Part shown: positions 30,513 to 40,121 of the stretch, piece after piece | Position numbering within the stretch: position 1 is the stretch's first letter | Layout of the letters: every line of letters begins with the position of its first letter | Virus record (IMG/VR): IMGVR_UViG_2930556935_000001 | Location: 7,108 to 71,107 of that record | Source: a virus | Taxonomy: Duplodnaviria; Caudoviricetes | DNA: 64,000 nucleotides | Reading direction: 5' to 3' (one strand) | Made by a program: the position numbers and the translations under genes | Notes under the pieces: generated by a model | Database searches by the model: none | The model's input: only the letters and a program-made list of their open reading frames with translations | What the model was told of the DNA's origin: nothing

Positions 30513-31049
30513 TCACGGGCAGTCGTCGTGCTGTGCCCAGCGCTGCAAATCGTGGTCGATGGCCCAGAACGGCTCACCGTCCTTGATCAGTTGACGGCAG
30601 AGCGTGCAGCGGTGCGCCCGCTCGCTGACGTCAGAACGGCGCTGGATCGCAGCGTTCACAGGAGCGGGGCGCTTCGGTGGGCCCGTCTGAGGGCGAGCGA
30701 AGACAGAGGGCGGGTCCTGGCGCCCAGTAGCGCTCACACGGGCTCGGGGAGGGCACTCGGGCACCTCCGTGATGGCCATGGCGTCACGGCCGGCCGCTCC
30801 GCACGGGTGCGCAGCGACGATCTCGTAGTTGGACCGCGTCACGGAAGCGGTGCGCGTGCGGAGCTTCCAGGGCCGCCCAGCTTGTGTGATCACGTCGTAC
30901 GTCACGCGGCCGGCGATGAGCGCGGCCCGGTAGCCGTCGACGTCCAGCGGTTCGGGGTCTGCCGCTGTCGCGAGTCCGGAGACGGATGCGGCCAGTACGA
31001 CGGCTCGGCAGCGGTTGCACGTCGCGATCTTTATCGGCGTATCAAGCAA
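30513..31049 (-). CDS. hypothetical Zn-finger protein
   Basis: CNRC, CTLC...HDDC; start uncertain. Confidence 0.55.
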   Translation of the reverse strand: MLDTPIKIATCNRCRAVVLAASVSGLATAADPEPLDVDGYRAALIAGRVTYDVITQAGRPWKLRTRTASVTRSNYEIVAAHPCGAAGRDAMAITEVPECPPRARVSATGRQDPPSVFARPQTGPPKRPAPVNAAIQRRSDVSERAHRCTLCRQLIKDGEPFWAIDHDLQRWAQHDDCP

Positions 31050-31079
31050 GTGATCGTTTATTTCTTCTTCCTTCCCCGG

Positions 31080-31495
31080 GGCTCAAGGCTGCTGGCTTCA
31101 GCTCACCCCTCTAAAGGGGGTGAGCCTTGAGCCTCAGCTGGGGCTCAGTGGGGCTCAGAGGGTGAGCCGGAGTGAGCCTCAGAAGACATAACCCCTGGTC
31201 GTAGAGGCTCACGGTGGGGCTCAGCGTGAGCCGGAGTGAGCCTCAGTGATCGCTAAGGCCCCGAAAATCGCTGATCGTCTTGACCTGCGAAAAAGAGGCG
31301 TGAGCCCCAAGCCAAAATCCGCTGACCTGCGGAAACGAGATACGTGTATATACCTCCGGCTCACGAAGTTGATCGATGAGCCCCAACGTGAGCCCCATGG
31401 TGCATACACGGGGATCAGGGGGTGAGCCTCAGAAGATAAACGTGCTGGTCAGAAGGGGCTCAGTGGGGCTCATCGCTTGAGCCGGAGTGAGCCGG
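31080..31495. repeat. iteron array, probable replication origin
   Basis: 20 copies of TGAGCC/GGCTCA counted by eye in both orientations, often 10 bp apart, with an AT-richer spacer near 31340-31353; directly downstream of the helicase/Rep gene. Confidence 0.8.
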
Positions 31496-32800
31496 AGCGT
31501 CATCGAGGGTCTGTGAGGGTCTGAAATAGGCGATGTCGTGCCCTGAACCGGTCTTGGTAATGATCTTCTGTTCGGCGAGTGTGCGGAGGTGTCGCTTCAC
31601 GCTCGCGTCGCTCACGCCGGTGAGATCGACGATGTTCTGCTTCGTCACGACCTTGTCCGTCTCAAGATCCATCACCATGAGCCGGACCTTCTCGAAGCTG
31701 GTCGTCTGAGCGCTGATCACGTCAGCCCAGTGCGCCGCGTTGATCACAAGTGAGCTGCATTCGCGGCCGTCGTGGTCGATGCCGGGAGGTAGCCCGCAGA
31801 AGTGCTGAAGCCTGAGCCCGACGTTCCAGAACAGCGAGTCGTCGTCGTCCTTCTGCTTCTTGATCATGATCTTCGCGTACCGCTCGTCCGCCGCCGTCCG
31901 CGACATGAACAGCACGGTGTCCGCCGCCCCGTACAGCGAGCCGTGCCCGCGCAGCGTCTCCGTGCCTTTCGTGGTGTGGTGCAGCGTCATGACGCACGCC
32001 TGAGTCGCCTGCCGGATCTGGTCGACCGCGGCGACGTACAGCCCCATCACGGAGCCGTTCTCGTCCAGCCCCGGCGTCACCCGGGACTGCGTGTCGATGA
32101 TGACGAGACCGGGCCGTACCTGAGCGCAGACGTCCAGCACCGCGTTGAGGTACGGCTCTTCCACGATGTTCGGCGCCATCGTCAGGTACGTGATGCGGTC
32201 CCCGAGCTGCTTGCCCGTCATCGCCTCCCATGCACGCACCCGCTTGCGGATGCCTCCCGACCCTTCCGCGGCGATGTACAGGACGGGCACGGCGACGGTC
32301 GGGATGCCCGCCCACTGGATGCCGCACCCGAGAGCGACGCACGCCGCGATGTCGAGCGCGGCGAACGACTTGTAGCAGCCGGGGTCTCCGTACAGCCACG
32401 CGAGAGAATCCTTCGCGAGAAGTGACGGTGCGAGATATTCGACGGGCGGGATCTCGTCGAGCTGCGCGGCGGTGTAAAGGCTCTCCCGAATGCGGGTGGC
32501 CACGTCGCCGGCCGCTTCCGCTTCGAGGATCTGCTGTGCGGCTATGGCCGCTTTGCGGCGCACCAATTCGCCCTGAGTGGTGCGCTGTAGATGATCCCGG
32601 CTGCGGTTGATCTCCTGTATCGCGGCGACCTGTTCGACGCCGACGAAAGGCAGTCCGGAATCCTCGCCGCCCAATAGCTTCCAGACCAGTTCCCGTAGCT
32701 CAGGGTCGGCCCCGAGATAGGCGGTCGCGAGTGCGGGCGTCAGCGTCCCCAGAACGGCCTCCGTCCCTTTGTCGCCGCTCTGGTCTGCTGTCTCCGTCAC
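31460..32800 (-). CDS. RepA/AAA_25-type replicative helicase with C-terminal winged helix
   Basis: Walker A GDPGCYKS, VLYIAAEG, Walker B LVIIDT, LHHTTK, RGHGSL; C-terminal HTH (IVDLTGVSDASVKRHLRTL). Confidence 0.9.
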   Translation of the reverse strand: MTETADQSGDKGTEAVLGTLTPALATAYLGADPELRELVWKLLGGEDSGLPFVGVEQVAAIQEINRSRDHLQRTTQGELVRRKAAIAAQQILEAEAAGDVATRIRESLYTAAQLDEIPPVEYLAPSLLAKDSLAWLYGDPGCYKSFAALDIAACVALGCGIQWAGIPTVAVPVLYIAAEGSGGIRKRVRAWEAMTGKQLGDRITYLTMAPNIVEEPYLNAVLDVCAQVRPGLVIIDTQSRVTPGLDENGSVMGLYVAAVDQIRQATQACVMTLHHTTKGTETLRGHGSLYGAADTVLFMSRTAADERYAKIMIKKQKDDDDSLFWNVGLRLQHFCGLPPGIDHDGRECSSLVINAAHWADVISAQTTSFEKVRLMVMDLETDKVVTKQNIVDLTGVSDASVKRHLRTLAEQKIITKTGSGHDIAYFRPSQTLDDAPAHSGSSDEPH

Positions 32801-32868
32801 GGCTGCATGCCTTTCGCTCTGCTGTTGTTGTCATCGGGCTTCACAACAGGCGGGTCGATCTCGCATCG

Positions 32869-33459
32869 CTACCTCTTCGTTTTGGCGAACAGCGGGTACA
32901 GGTCCCGCTTCGTCAGCGTCTGCGACGCCCACAGGATGCTCACGGCGTGCGGTTCGCTCCATGCGTACAGCGCGTCCAGAAGCCGCCGCCGCTGGACGTC
33001 CTTCGCCGACATCGGCTTGCGCCGCCCCTGCACGAGGGCGAGCACGGACGCGGCGTACGGGGCGTTCTCCACCGTCTTGCGCGGCAGCGGCCCGTTCCTG
33101 TCCGGCTCGATCAGTTCGTACGCGAGGCACATCGCCACGGCCGCGCTGAGCGTGGGGGTGACGCGCAGCTTACGGCGGGCGCGGAAGATCCCCTGTCGTA
33201 CTGCGTCGACGCCGATGCCGTCCCGCTCCGCTATCTCTTCGTCGCTGAGTCCGTCGGCCCGCGCCTGGATCAGCAGCAGTTGCCGTTCCGACGGCAGCGC
33301 CGTGACGAGCGGCAGCGGCACCTCCCGGCGCCGCGCCGCCTCGCACGGCTGGCAGAAGCGCCGCCCGACCCCGGCGGGAGTCGTCTTGATGCCGATGTTC
33401 CGTGGGTCGTCGAGGCGGTGCAGCCCGCGCCCGCAGACCTTCTGCTGTGGCCTGCTCAC
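32869..33459 (-). CDS. LuxR-type HTH transcriptional regulator with N-terminal Zn motif
   Basis: CGRGLH...CQPC; ADGLSDEEIAERDGIGVDAVRQGIFRARRKL. Confidence 0.75.
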   Translation of the reverse strand: MSRPQQKVCGRGLHRLDDPRNIGIKTTPAGVGRRFCQPCEAARRREVPLPLVTALPSERQLLLIQARADGLSDEEIAERDGIGVDAVRQGIFRARRKLRVTPTLSAAVAMCLAYELIEPDRNGPLPRKTVENAPYAASVLALVQGRRKPMSAKDVQRRRLLDALYAWSEPHAVSILWASQTLTKRDLYPLFAKTKR

Positions 33460-34286
33460 CTCTCACGCTCCATGGATGTCGTCGGCGTGACCGGGTCGCG
33501 CCAGAGCAGCCCGCAGATGCCGCAGCGGTGTTGGTGCGGCTCCCTGTCGGGGTGGTTGCACTCGCAGGGGAAGAGGCCCCGCGTCGCGTTGCAGCGCGCG
33601 AGGCGTGCGCGCAGCAGCGTCCGCATGGTCTCGCCGGCTTGCCGTCCGGCTGCTTCGGCGAAGCCGGGCAGGTCCGGCGCGTTGCCGTGGATGGGGATGC
33701 TGACGTGCAGTCCGTACGGCTGGAAGACGAAGTCCATGACCCGCATGTCCCACACGAAGTCGGGCGTGGACAGCGTCACGTTGGCGTCGTCCGGCGGTGC
33801 GCCGGTCACGTCGATCCATGCCTGCCGCAGCTCCGTCAGCACGGTGCCCATGAAATCCGGTACGGGCGGCACGTCGACCGCGGCAACGGCCGCGGCGAAG
33901 TCGATGTCGGGCAGCAGTACACCGGCCGGTTCCGGCTGCTCTTCCGCGATCTCCGTCGTGACGGCGCGGATCGCCTCCCCCAGCGACAGCCCTCCGTTCT
34001 CGAACGGGGGGAGCGGCTGACCGACCGCTGCGACGGCAGTGACCGTGTCCCCGTCTACCTGGCGCATGGCCGTAGGCTCCGCCACCCACCCCCAGTCTTC
34101 GGAGTCGTCCAGCGTGGCCGGCTCGCCCGCGGAGCCGGTGCACTCGATGACGCCGTGCCCGCTGTAGTACAGGTCAGCGACGACGACGTGATGCGTCCGC
34201 AGAACGAAAGACCCCCCGCGCGTTGGCACGAGGGGTACGGACTTGCGGCAATCAGGGCATGCGCCCTCTTCAGGTTCCTTGGGCAT
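33456..34286 (-). CDS. hypothetical protein with terminal Cys/His clusters
   Basis: Operonic ATGA overlap; CPDC...H...C; CNHP...HRCGIC. Confidence 0.55.
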   Translation of the reverse strand: MPKEPEEGACPDCRKSVPLVPTRGGSFVLRTHHVVVADLYYSGHGVIECTGSAGEPATLDDSEDWGWVAEPTAMRQVDGDTVTAVAAVGQPLPPFENGGLSLGEAIRAVTTEIAEEQPEPAGVLLPDIDFAAAVAAVDVPPVPDFMGTVLTELRQAWIDVTGAPPDDANVTLSTPDFVWDMRVMDFVFQPYGLHVSIPIHGNAPDLPGFAEAAGRQAGETMRTLLRARLARCNATRGLFPCECNHPDREPHQHRCGICGLLWRDPVTPTTSMERER

Positions 34287-34500
34287 CACCGCCCCCTTCC
34301 GTGCGAGTGATTGTGATCTCAACGTTGCGCCGGTACGCAGCGGCCACGCTCCGGCTGTGGGCGACGACCAGGACCGTTTCATCGGTCTTCGCGGCGGCTT
34401 CTTCGGCCAACATGTCGGCCTGGTCTTTGGGCCAGTGGCCACCGCATCCCGACGCGGTCCCGCCGGACTGAAGTTCGACCGTGTACCACTGGTCAGTCAT
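34270..34500 (-). CDS. hypothetical protein
   Basis: RBS GGAGG, operonic. Confidence 0.55.
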   Translation of the reverse strand: MTDQWYTVELQSGGTASGCGGHWPKDQADMLAEEAAAKTDETVLVVAHSRSVAAAYRRNVEITITRTEGGGDAQGT

Positions 34501-34939
34501 CGCTCACCTCCTTGATCTTCTTCTCGGTCTCGCGCAGCCACTTGGCGTAGTCGTTGATGACTTCGCTGCGCGGGTACTTCACTTCCCAGCCTTGGAGTTC
34601 GCCGCCTTCGGCAAGCGCGGCGATACGCGTCCGGTACCGGTCGCAGCGCGTCCGCCAGTCCGTCAGGTTGCTTTCGATCTGCGTCGGCTGCGGGCTGTGC
34701 GGCAGCACGTCGACGACGACCAGGCGGTCAGCGGCGACGTGCACCCGCTGTTCCGTGCCGCTGCCGTACGACCGGCGGACGACTTGCACCCAGAGGCGGC
34801 CCGACGGTGTCAGCGACACCTCGCCGTCCCTCTCTTCGACGACGCCTTCCGCCATGGCGACGGAGCGCCCGACGCCGAAGCCGTAGATCACGGTGGCGCC
34901 CGGCTTGACGTCGACTCCCCGCGCATCGGTGATCGTCAC
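34493..34939 (-). CDS. hypothetical protein
   Basis: GTG start with GTGA overlap; DARGVDVKPGATVIY. Confidence 0.55.
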   Translation of the reverse strand: MTITDARGVDVKPGATVIYGFGVGRSVAMAEGVVEERDGEVSLTPSGRLWVQVVRRSYGSGTEQRVHVAADRLVVVDVLPHSPQPTQIESNLTDWRTRCDRYRTRIAALAEGGELQGWEVKYPRSEVINDYAKWLRETEKKIKEVSDD

Positions 34940-35397
34940 GACACCACCTCTACGTACTGGTCGGTCGCCGGTCCGCCGTCGCCGGGGATGACGATCTGGA
35001 CGTTGCCGCAGCCGACGGCGAGGTGCCAGCCGCGTGCGGTGAGCGAGGTCGCGAACTGCTGCCAGATCTCGCGGGCCTTCGCGCTCCGGCCGTCCACGCG
35101 GAAGAGGATCGACACCCCGTTGTGGAAGTCGATGCGCGTCGCTCCGTACGCGTGCGAGATCCGCTGCACGTCGCGGTCGCCTTCGTATGCCTGGACGAAG
35201 AGGGTGAACGTTCTGCGCAGCTCTTCGTAGGCCTCGAAGCGCAGGACGCGATCCCCTATATGCAGCGACCGGTCTTCGTTGCATCTGGCTTCTACGAGCA
35301 GCTCCGGATCGTCGGCGAGGATCGATGCGGTCACGGAGTCCGCTGAGTAGCCGTCCTTGAGCAGCGGGGCGGCCCTGGTGACAAACGCTTCATCCAT
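34936..35397 (-). CDS. hypothetical protein
   Basis: TGATG coupling, RBS GGAG. Confidence 0.55.
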   Translation of the reverse strand: MDEAFVTRAAPLLKDGYSADSVTASILADDPELLVEARCNEDRSLHIGDRVLRFEAYEELRRTFTLFVQAYEGDRDVQRISHAYGATRIDFHNGVSILFRVDGRSAKAREIWQQFATSLTARGWHLAVGCGNVQIVIPGDGGPATDQYVEVVS

Positions 35398-35507
35398 CAC
35401 GACCACTCCGCGTTGCACTTGAGGCAGATCAGGACGGGTTTCTGACTGCCGTCTCCGAGCTGCCGGGAGACGGTCACCGTGTCGTGCGGCTTGCCGTCGG
35501 TGCACAT
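35397..35507 (-). CDS. Zn-ribbon microprotein
   Basis: MCTDGKPHD...ICLKCNAEWS; TGATG coupling on both sides. Confidence 0.5.
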   Translation of the reverse strand: MCTDGKPHDTVTVSRQLGDGSQKPVLICLKCNAEWS

Positions 35508-35815
35508 CAGCCGCTCCCGTCCGGGAAGCGCTCGTTCAGCTCGGTCTCGGTCAGGTGCCGGTGTGCTTCGTCGTAGAAGTTGCACGTCTGGACGTCCTGG
35601 ACGGCCCGGTGCGCGTCGGGCCGCACGATCGCCGTCATCGGGTCTTGCAGGATCTTGACGGCGAGGTCGACCCAGTGATCCCACGGGCCTTCGGCGTTGC
35701 TGTTGCTGTTGCGCGGCGACCAGGATGTGAAGAAGTCGTCCATCCATGGCGCCCACTGGACGCCGCACCGCTTGCCCGCCGTGATCGCGGGCACCTCTTC
35801 GTATTCACCGCGCAC
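35507..35815 (-). CDS. hypothetical protein
   Basis: Operonic, RBS AAGGA. Confidence 0.55.
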   Translation of the reverse strand: MRGEYEEVPAITAGKRCGVQWAPWMDDFFTSWSPRNSNSNAEGPWDHWVDLAVKILQDPMTAIVRPDAHRAVQDVQTCNFYDEAHRHLTETELNERFPDGSG

Positions 35816-35928
35816 AGCACACTTCCTTCTCGTCCTTGATCCATGTGGCGCGCGCCAGGGTCAGCCGGCCGTCCGCCGTCCGGTCCCACCAGTACGCCTT
35901 ACCGAACAGCCGCACGACGCGCAGGCGG

Positions 35929-36531
35929 TCACCCATCGCTCTTCTCCTCGTGCCGCGCGGCGAGGGCGTTGTACGCGTCGCGCTCCTGCGTGTACTTGGC
36001 GACGTACTCGGCGTTCTCGTGCTCAGTCCAGAAGGTGACCTGTTCGGCTGCCTGCGCTGCGCGCTGCCGGGCGGCTTCCGCGACGGCGGCACGCGTCGCC
36101 CACTCACTGTCGGTGACTACCTCGCGGCTGTCGTAGGTGCACTCGCTCACGTAGCCGCTGACGGCGGTCAGCGACATGAAGGCGTCGCGGTCGTAGAAGG
36201 CCGCTTTGTAGAAGATCGAGACCCGACGGCGCCCCTGCGCGTCGGTGATGTACGACCACATCGCGTGGTCCGAGCCTTCCCGCTTCCAGCCGTCGGGCAG
36301 CGTCGCCGGGGCGAACAGCGAGTCGCCCGCGTCCGCCTCGCCGAAGGTGAAGCCGAGGTCTTCGAACTCCGCGCGGTCGCCCTGGATCCTGGTGGGCAGG
36401 CGGTCGGAGTGCACGAGCTGCGCCTGTCCGGCCCGCTCCTGCGCTTCGACGACGGCGGTCGCGTCTCCTGTGGCGAGGGCGAGCAGCCCGGTCAGTTCCA
36501 TGCTGCTCTGGCTCTGCGTGTTCTCGATCAT
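35929..36531 (-). CDS. conserved hypothetical phage protein
   Basis: VEAQERAGQAQLV...LGFTFG...ATLPDGW...SDHAMWSYI.D..GRRRVSIFYKAAFYDRDA; RBS GAGGAG. Confidence 0.7.
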   Translation of the reverse strand: MIENTQSQSSMELTGLLALATGDATAVVEAQERAGQAQLVHSDRLPTRIQGDRAEFEDLGFTFGEADAGDSLFAPATLPDGWKREGSDHAMWSYITDAQGRRRVSIFYKAAFYDRDAFMSLTAVSGYVSECTYDSREVVTDSEWATRAAVAEAARQRAAQAAEQVTFWTEHENAEYVAKYTQERDAYNALAARHEEKSDG

Positions 36532-36685
36532 GTCTCCTCTTCCGGGCATACGAAAGCCCGCCCCCTTCTCAGGAGCGGGCGAGGGTCAGAAACTCTGAGG
36601 CGCCTTCCGGTTGCGTCGAAGGCCCTGCGGCTGTCAGCGGCGGGCACTAGGCTGCCGGGCCTTAACGTGAGCAGGGGGACGAGCG

Positions 36686-37600
36686 ATGAGCACAACGGAT
36701 CTGAGCAACGAAGAGCCCAGCGAAAATGCCAACGTGATCTTCATCGACGACGCGAGCGATTTCGGGCGGATCAGCTGGAAAACCCGAATTCTCGTGAACG
36801 GGGCCTTGACCCTCGCTGCCGCAGCGGCGGCTCTAGGTATCGCGAGCCTTAGCGACCCGGACAAAAACGCGACAGGAAATCCGTTCGATACCGTCTGGGT
36901 CCCGTGGGTGGCTTTTGCGCTGGGTGTGCTGCTGATCGGCGCGCTGATCTTTTTTCTGATCACGCGTCAGCGCTACATGGCCAATGAGAACAAAGGCTTC
37001 GCGGCGAAGCTGAAGGCGCAGGCGCAGTACCACGAACAAGCTCTGGAGAAGCTCCGCAAGACGACGGAACTAGCCACGCTGATGGAGCTGAATCAGGATC
37101 AGGTAGGGCGCTATCACCGCATCGTCACGGATCAGGCGGACAAGGCCTTCAAGTCCTCCCGCACCGCGATGGGGGTCGGACTGTTCCTTCTCGTCTGCGC
37201 AGCCGCGGGAGGGGCCTATGTGCCCGTCGAAGAGGTGCGCTGGTTCATCGGGGCCCTTGCGGCGTTCAGCACGCTACTGTCCGGCTACCTCAGCCAGACG
37301 TACACGGATCTCTATCGCAGGTCAATCAGTCAACTGAACCGCTACTTCGATCAGCCGGTGCTCAACAGCTACTTCCTAACCGCTGAGCGGCTGACCGCCG
37401 GGCTCGATGTTTCGCATGCTCAAGCTGTTCGCCAGCAGATCATCAACGAGGTTCTGGCGTCCAGCTCGCGCCTGACCGAGAAGCCTCCGGCGGAGGCGCC
37501 GGCCGTCGACGACGCGAAGCCGAAGAAGCGGAAGCCGAAGAAGCGCATCCCCAAGCAGGCGCAGGGCTCTGGGAGCGGTCAGTCACCGTCCGGGACTTGA
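36686..37600 (+). CDS. multi-TM moron protein, TRADD-N-associated / SLATT-like membrane domain
   Basis: Two N-terminal TMs, coiled coil, YH..V..QA..AF..S + two TMs + Y......QLN.YF; own -10-like TAGGCT and RBS; opposite strand to neighbours. Confidence 0.7.
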   Translation: MSTTDLSNEEPSENANVIFIDDASDFGRISWKTRILVNGALTLAAAAAALGIASLSDPDKNATGNPFDTVWVPWVAFALGVLLIGALIFFLITRQRYMANENKGFAAKLKAQAQYHEQALEKLRKTTELATLMELNQDQVGRYHRIVTDQADKAFKSSRTAMGVGLFLLVCAAAGGAYVPVEEVRWFIGALAAFSTLLSGYLSQTYTDLYRRSISQLNRYFDQPVLNSYFLTAERLTAGLDVSHAQAVRQQIINEVLASSSRLTEKPPAEAPAVDDAKPKKRKPKKRIPKQAQGSGSGQSPSGT

Positions 37601-37648
37601 TCGAGCAGCCCCGCGTCGTCCAGGGCGGCGAACTCGCGCGGCGTCTTA

Positions 37649-37921
37649 TCAGGCATCGTTTTCCTCTCCTGTGTAGCGGGCGTACAGCCGCAGCTCGCCG
37701 TCGACGGTGCGGGACAGCGCGTCGAACGAGCCGGGCGGACGGTAGGCGAGGGGGTGCCCCGCCTTGATCCGGGATGCCGCCGTGGCGGCGGCGAACTTCG
37801 ACGGGAAGCCGGTACGGATCACCGCCCATTCGCCGGGCCGTTCCTTCAGCCCCGCGGCGACCGCCCGGTGATCGACCTTCGAGCGGGCGTCGTACCTGCC
37901 GGGCGGGTCTTCGAACTGCAT
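37649..37921 (-). CDS. small DNA-binding-like phage protein
   Basis: AAGLKERPGEWAVI...FDALSRTVDGELRLYARY. Confidence 0.6.
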   Translation of the reverse strand: MQFEDPPGRYDARSKVDHRAVAAGLKERPGEWAVIRTGFPSKFAAATAASRIKAGHPLAYRPPGSFDALSRTVDGELRLYARYTGEENDA

Positions 37922-38334
37922 CACGCTGTCTCCCCGAAGATCAGAGCCAGTTCGGCGTCCATGTCGATGCCGTCCATCTCGTGCGTGAACGGGACTGCCA
38001 GGTACGTGCGGATCAGGAACGCGTCGACCTGCTCGGCTTCTCCGTGCAGCTCTGCGCGGCCGTCGGGGCTGTCCAGCACGATGTGCAGGTCGTCGGGGCC
38101 GCACCGCCAGATGGTGACGTCTCCGCGCAGCTCCGGCGGGCTCTGGCGGGCGAGGCCTTCGGCGAGCAGGCTGCGGCCCATGGTCCATACGACTTCGGAT
38201 CCGTGGGAGTCGTCGCGGACGGTCAGTGTGACGGCGTACGGATCTTTCGGGTTGTAGGCCAACTCGCAGTTGTCGAGCGGCAGGGAGGCCCCGCCTGGAA
38301 GGACGATTTCGAGGTAGATCGGTAGGGTTATCAC
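37921..38334 (-). CDS. ssgA: SsgA-like sporulation/cell-division protein (SALP)
   Basis: L.Y...DPYAV.L...V.WT.GR.LL.EGL...GDV.IW...L.SPDG.A...FL.RTY..VP. Confidence 0.9.
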   Translation of the reverse strand: MITLPIYLEIVLPGGASLPLDNCELAYNPKDPYAVTLTVRDDSHGSEVVWTMGRSLLAEGLARQSPPELRGDVTIWRCGPDDLHIVLDSPDGRAELHGEAEQVDAFLIRTYLAVPFTHEMDGIDMDAELALIFGETA

Positions 38335-38343
38335 TGCTCCCCC

Positions 38344-38580
38344 TCAGGAGTGATCGGCGCCCCTGCCGGGCTTGGGGATCTTTTCGGTAGGGGCGCCGCT
38401 GTCGTCGAGGTCAAGTCCCTTCAGCGGGACGTCGGTCGGGGTGTAGGGGTCGACGCGGGGGCCGCGCCGCCGGTGCTCGCCGCGATGCCGCTTGGGGCGG
38501 CGGTGCAGCAGCTGTGAGAAGAGGGCGCCGCACGCCCCCGCGCCGACACTCGCGACGGCGATTTCGATCGCCGCGTTCAT
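38344..38580 (-). CDS. small membrane-anchored protein
   Basis: N-terminal hydrophobic helix, basic tail, ATGA overlap. Confidence 0.5.
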   Translation of the reverse strand: MNAAIEIAVASVGAGACGALFSQLLHRRPKRHRGEHRRRGPRVDPYTPTDVPLKGLDLDDSGAPTEKIPKPGRGADHS

Positions 38581-38774
38581 GAGTGCTCGGCTTCGAGCCG
38601 GTCGGCGCAGGGGTCGCAGACGATGCCGTCGTTCAGCAGTCCGTACAGCTCGCCGTCCTTGACGGCGCCGGTGCACTCGGTGCAGCGGAAGGCGTCGGCT
38701 GTGCCCGCGAGCTTGTACCGCAGGATGATCAGCGGTCCGAACACGATGGTGTCCACTGCTACGCGCAGACGCAT
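38577..38774 (-). CDS. small Zn-finger protein
   Basis: CTEC...CDPC. Confidence 0.5.
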   Translation of the reverse strand: MRLRVAVDTIVFGPLIILRYKLAGTADAFRCTECTGAVKDGELYGLLNDGIVCDPCADRLEAEHS

Positions 38775-38829
38775 TTCACGCGCCCGCAGTACGTGCAGAC
38801 GGGGACGTTGAGGATCAGGAAGAGAACGA

Positions 38830-39024
38830 TCACTGTTGCTCCGCTTCGTCGCAGCAGTCCGGGCAGGACGCCTGGTCGTCGTCGTCGATGTAGCCGGCGT
38901 CATCGCCGGGGCCGATCTCGTTGCCGCACTCGCAGTCGCTGTCATACGCGGCGATGAAACGGCGGACGCCCCCGGTCACCGGCGGCGACTCGGGGGCGTC
39001 AGGACGCTTGAAGGGTGAGTTCAT
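38830..39024 (-). CDS. small Zn-finger protein
   Basis: FIAAYDSDCECGNEIGPGD...CPDC. Confidence 0.6.
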   Translation of the reverse strand: MNSPFKRPDAPESPPVTGGVRRFIAAYDSDCECGNEIGPGDDAGYIDDDDQASCPDCCDEAEQQ

Positions 39025-39100
39025 ACGGGGAAGTCCTTCCCGCAGCCGCAGGGGCACGGCGCCGTCTCGGGGTCGGGTAGGGGCTCGGGGACGTCGTCAC

Positions 39101-39409
39101 TCACGCGATCGCCTCGAATCGGTCGATGGCCAGTTCCGCGCGGCAGTCGTCGCACAGGATCGGATCGGTGTTGAACCAGGCCCGCCAGAACGGCTGCGTG
39201 CTCCGTTCCATCGCCTGCCGGTGCTCCGGGCACACCGGGAACGGCGGCTGCCCGCCGCAGTCGTCCACCGACAGGTGCCGGAAGTGGACGACCCACACGG
39301 CGGCGTTCGGGCACGGCGGCTCCATCAGCTGGAAGAAGCACGGCACGTTGTCCTTGAACATCTCCAGCGCCAGGACGCGGGTGTCATCCGTGGCGATGGG
39401 CTCCGTCAT
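39101..39409 (-). CDS. Cys-rich hypothetical protein
   Basis: C..CPNAAVW..H...CPEH...CDDC. Confidence 0.55.
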   Translation of the reverse strand: MTEPIATDDTRVLALEMFKDNVPCFFQLMEPPCPNAAVWVVHFRHLSVDDCGGQPPFPVCPEHRQAMERSTQPFWRAWFNTDPILCDDCRAELAIDRFEAIA

Positions 39410-39612
39410 GTCGCACCGTCCCCTTCGGTCTCGTCCAGCGGTACGACGGCGTCCACGGCATCGAGCCGCAGGTACAGCGGCTTGCCGGATACGGCGTCCG
39501 TCCAGCTCAGTGACGTCAGCTCGTTCGAGATGCGATCCCGGCGCGTGGTGAAGTCCTGTGCCGTCACGTCGAAGTGCGATCCGCCGCGCAGAAAGATGCG
39601 GACCGTCGTCAC
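39406..39612 (-). CDS. hypothetical protein
   Basis: Operonic overlaps. Confidence 0.55.
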   Translation of the reverse strand: MTTVRIFLRGGSHFDVTAQDFTTRRDRISNELTSLSWTDAVSGKPLYLRLDAVDAVVPLDETEGDGAT

Positions 39613-40121
39613 GTCTCACCCCCCGGCTGCCGCTCGGCGAGGCGGGTGAGGTCGCCGGGGGTGACGTCACCGACCCACCGGCGGTCGTCGAACAGATGCC
39701 AGCCGCCCCGGTCCGCGGCGCGGTCGGCGAGCTGCGCGCACATCAGGTGGCCGCTCGCTTCGATGTACCGCTCAAGGTGCGGCGCCGGGATGCGCAGGCG
39801 GTGCGCTGCGATGGCCGCGTAGTCCGCCCACGAGTAGGGCGTGCCGCGCAGCGCGAGGGCGGCAGCCGCCACCGCGTCGCGGTGCTCGTCGGGGCACCGG
39901 AGGTAGATCGTGCGCTCAGGGTCGTGCCAGTTGGGGACGTGCTTCGCCCCGCCCGGCATCGCTTCTACGATCATGTCTGTGTACTCGCCGACCCAGACGA
40001 ACGCGTGCTCGTAGTCCCGGAAGCCGTCGCCGGCCAGCCACTGCGCGAGGCGGATGGCCTTGCCGCCGACGCCGCTCATCTGTGTGAGTCCGATGTCACC
40101 GGGCCGCGGGGTGTAGGTCAT
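39609..40121 (-). CDS. permuted papain-like NlpC/P60 enzyme
   Basis: PRPGDIGL, EHAFVWVG (His), VEAMPGG, GTPYS, MCAQL (Cys), VTPGDL. Confidence 0.8.
   Translation of the reverse strand: MTYTPRPGDIGLTQMSGVGGKAIRLAQWLAGDGFRDYEHAFVWVGEYTDMIVEAMPGGAKHVPNWHDPERTIYLRCPDEHRDAVAAAALALRGTPYSWADYAAIAAHRLRIPAPHLERYIEASGHLMCAQLADRAADRGGWHLFDDRRWVGDVTPGDLTRLAERQPGGET

Noticed and set aside
31080-31495. Possible CRISPR array
   Set aside because: Repeats are 6-16 bp, in both orientations and irregularly spaced, with no unique spacers of constant length.
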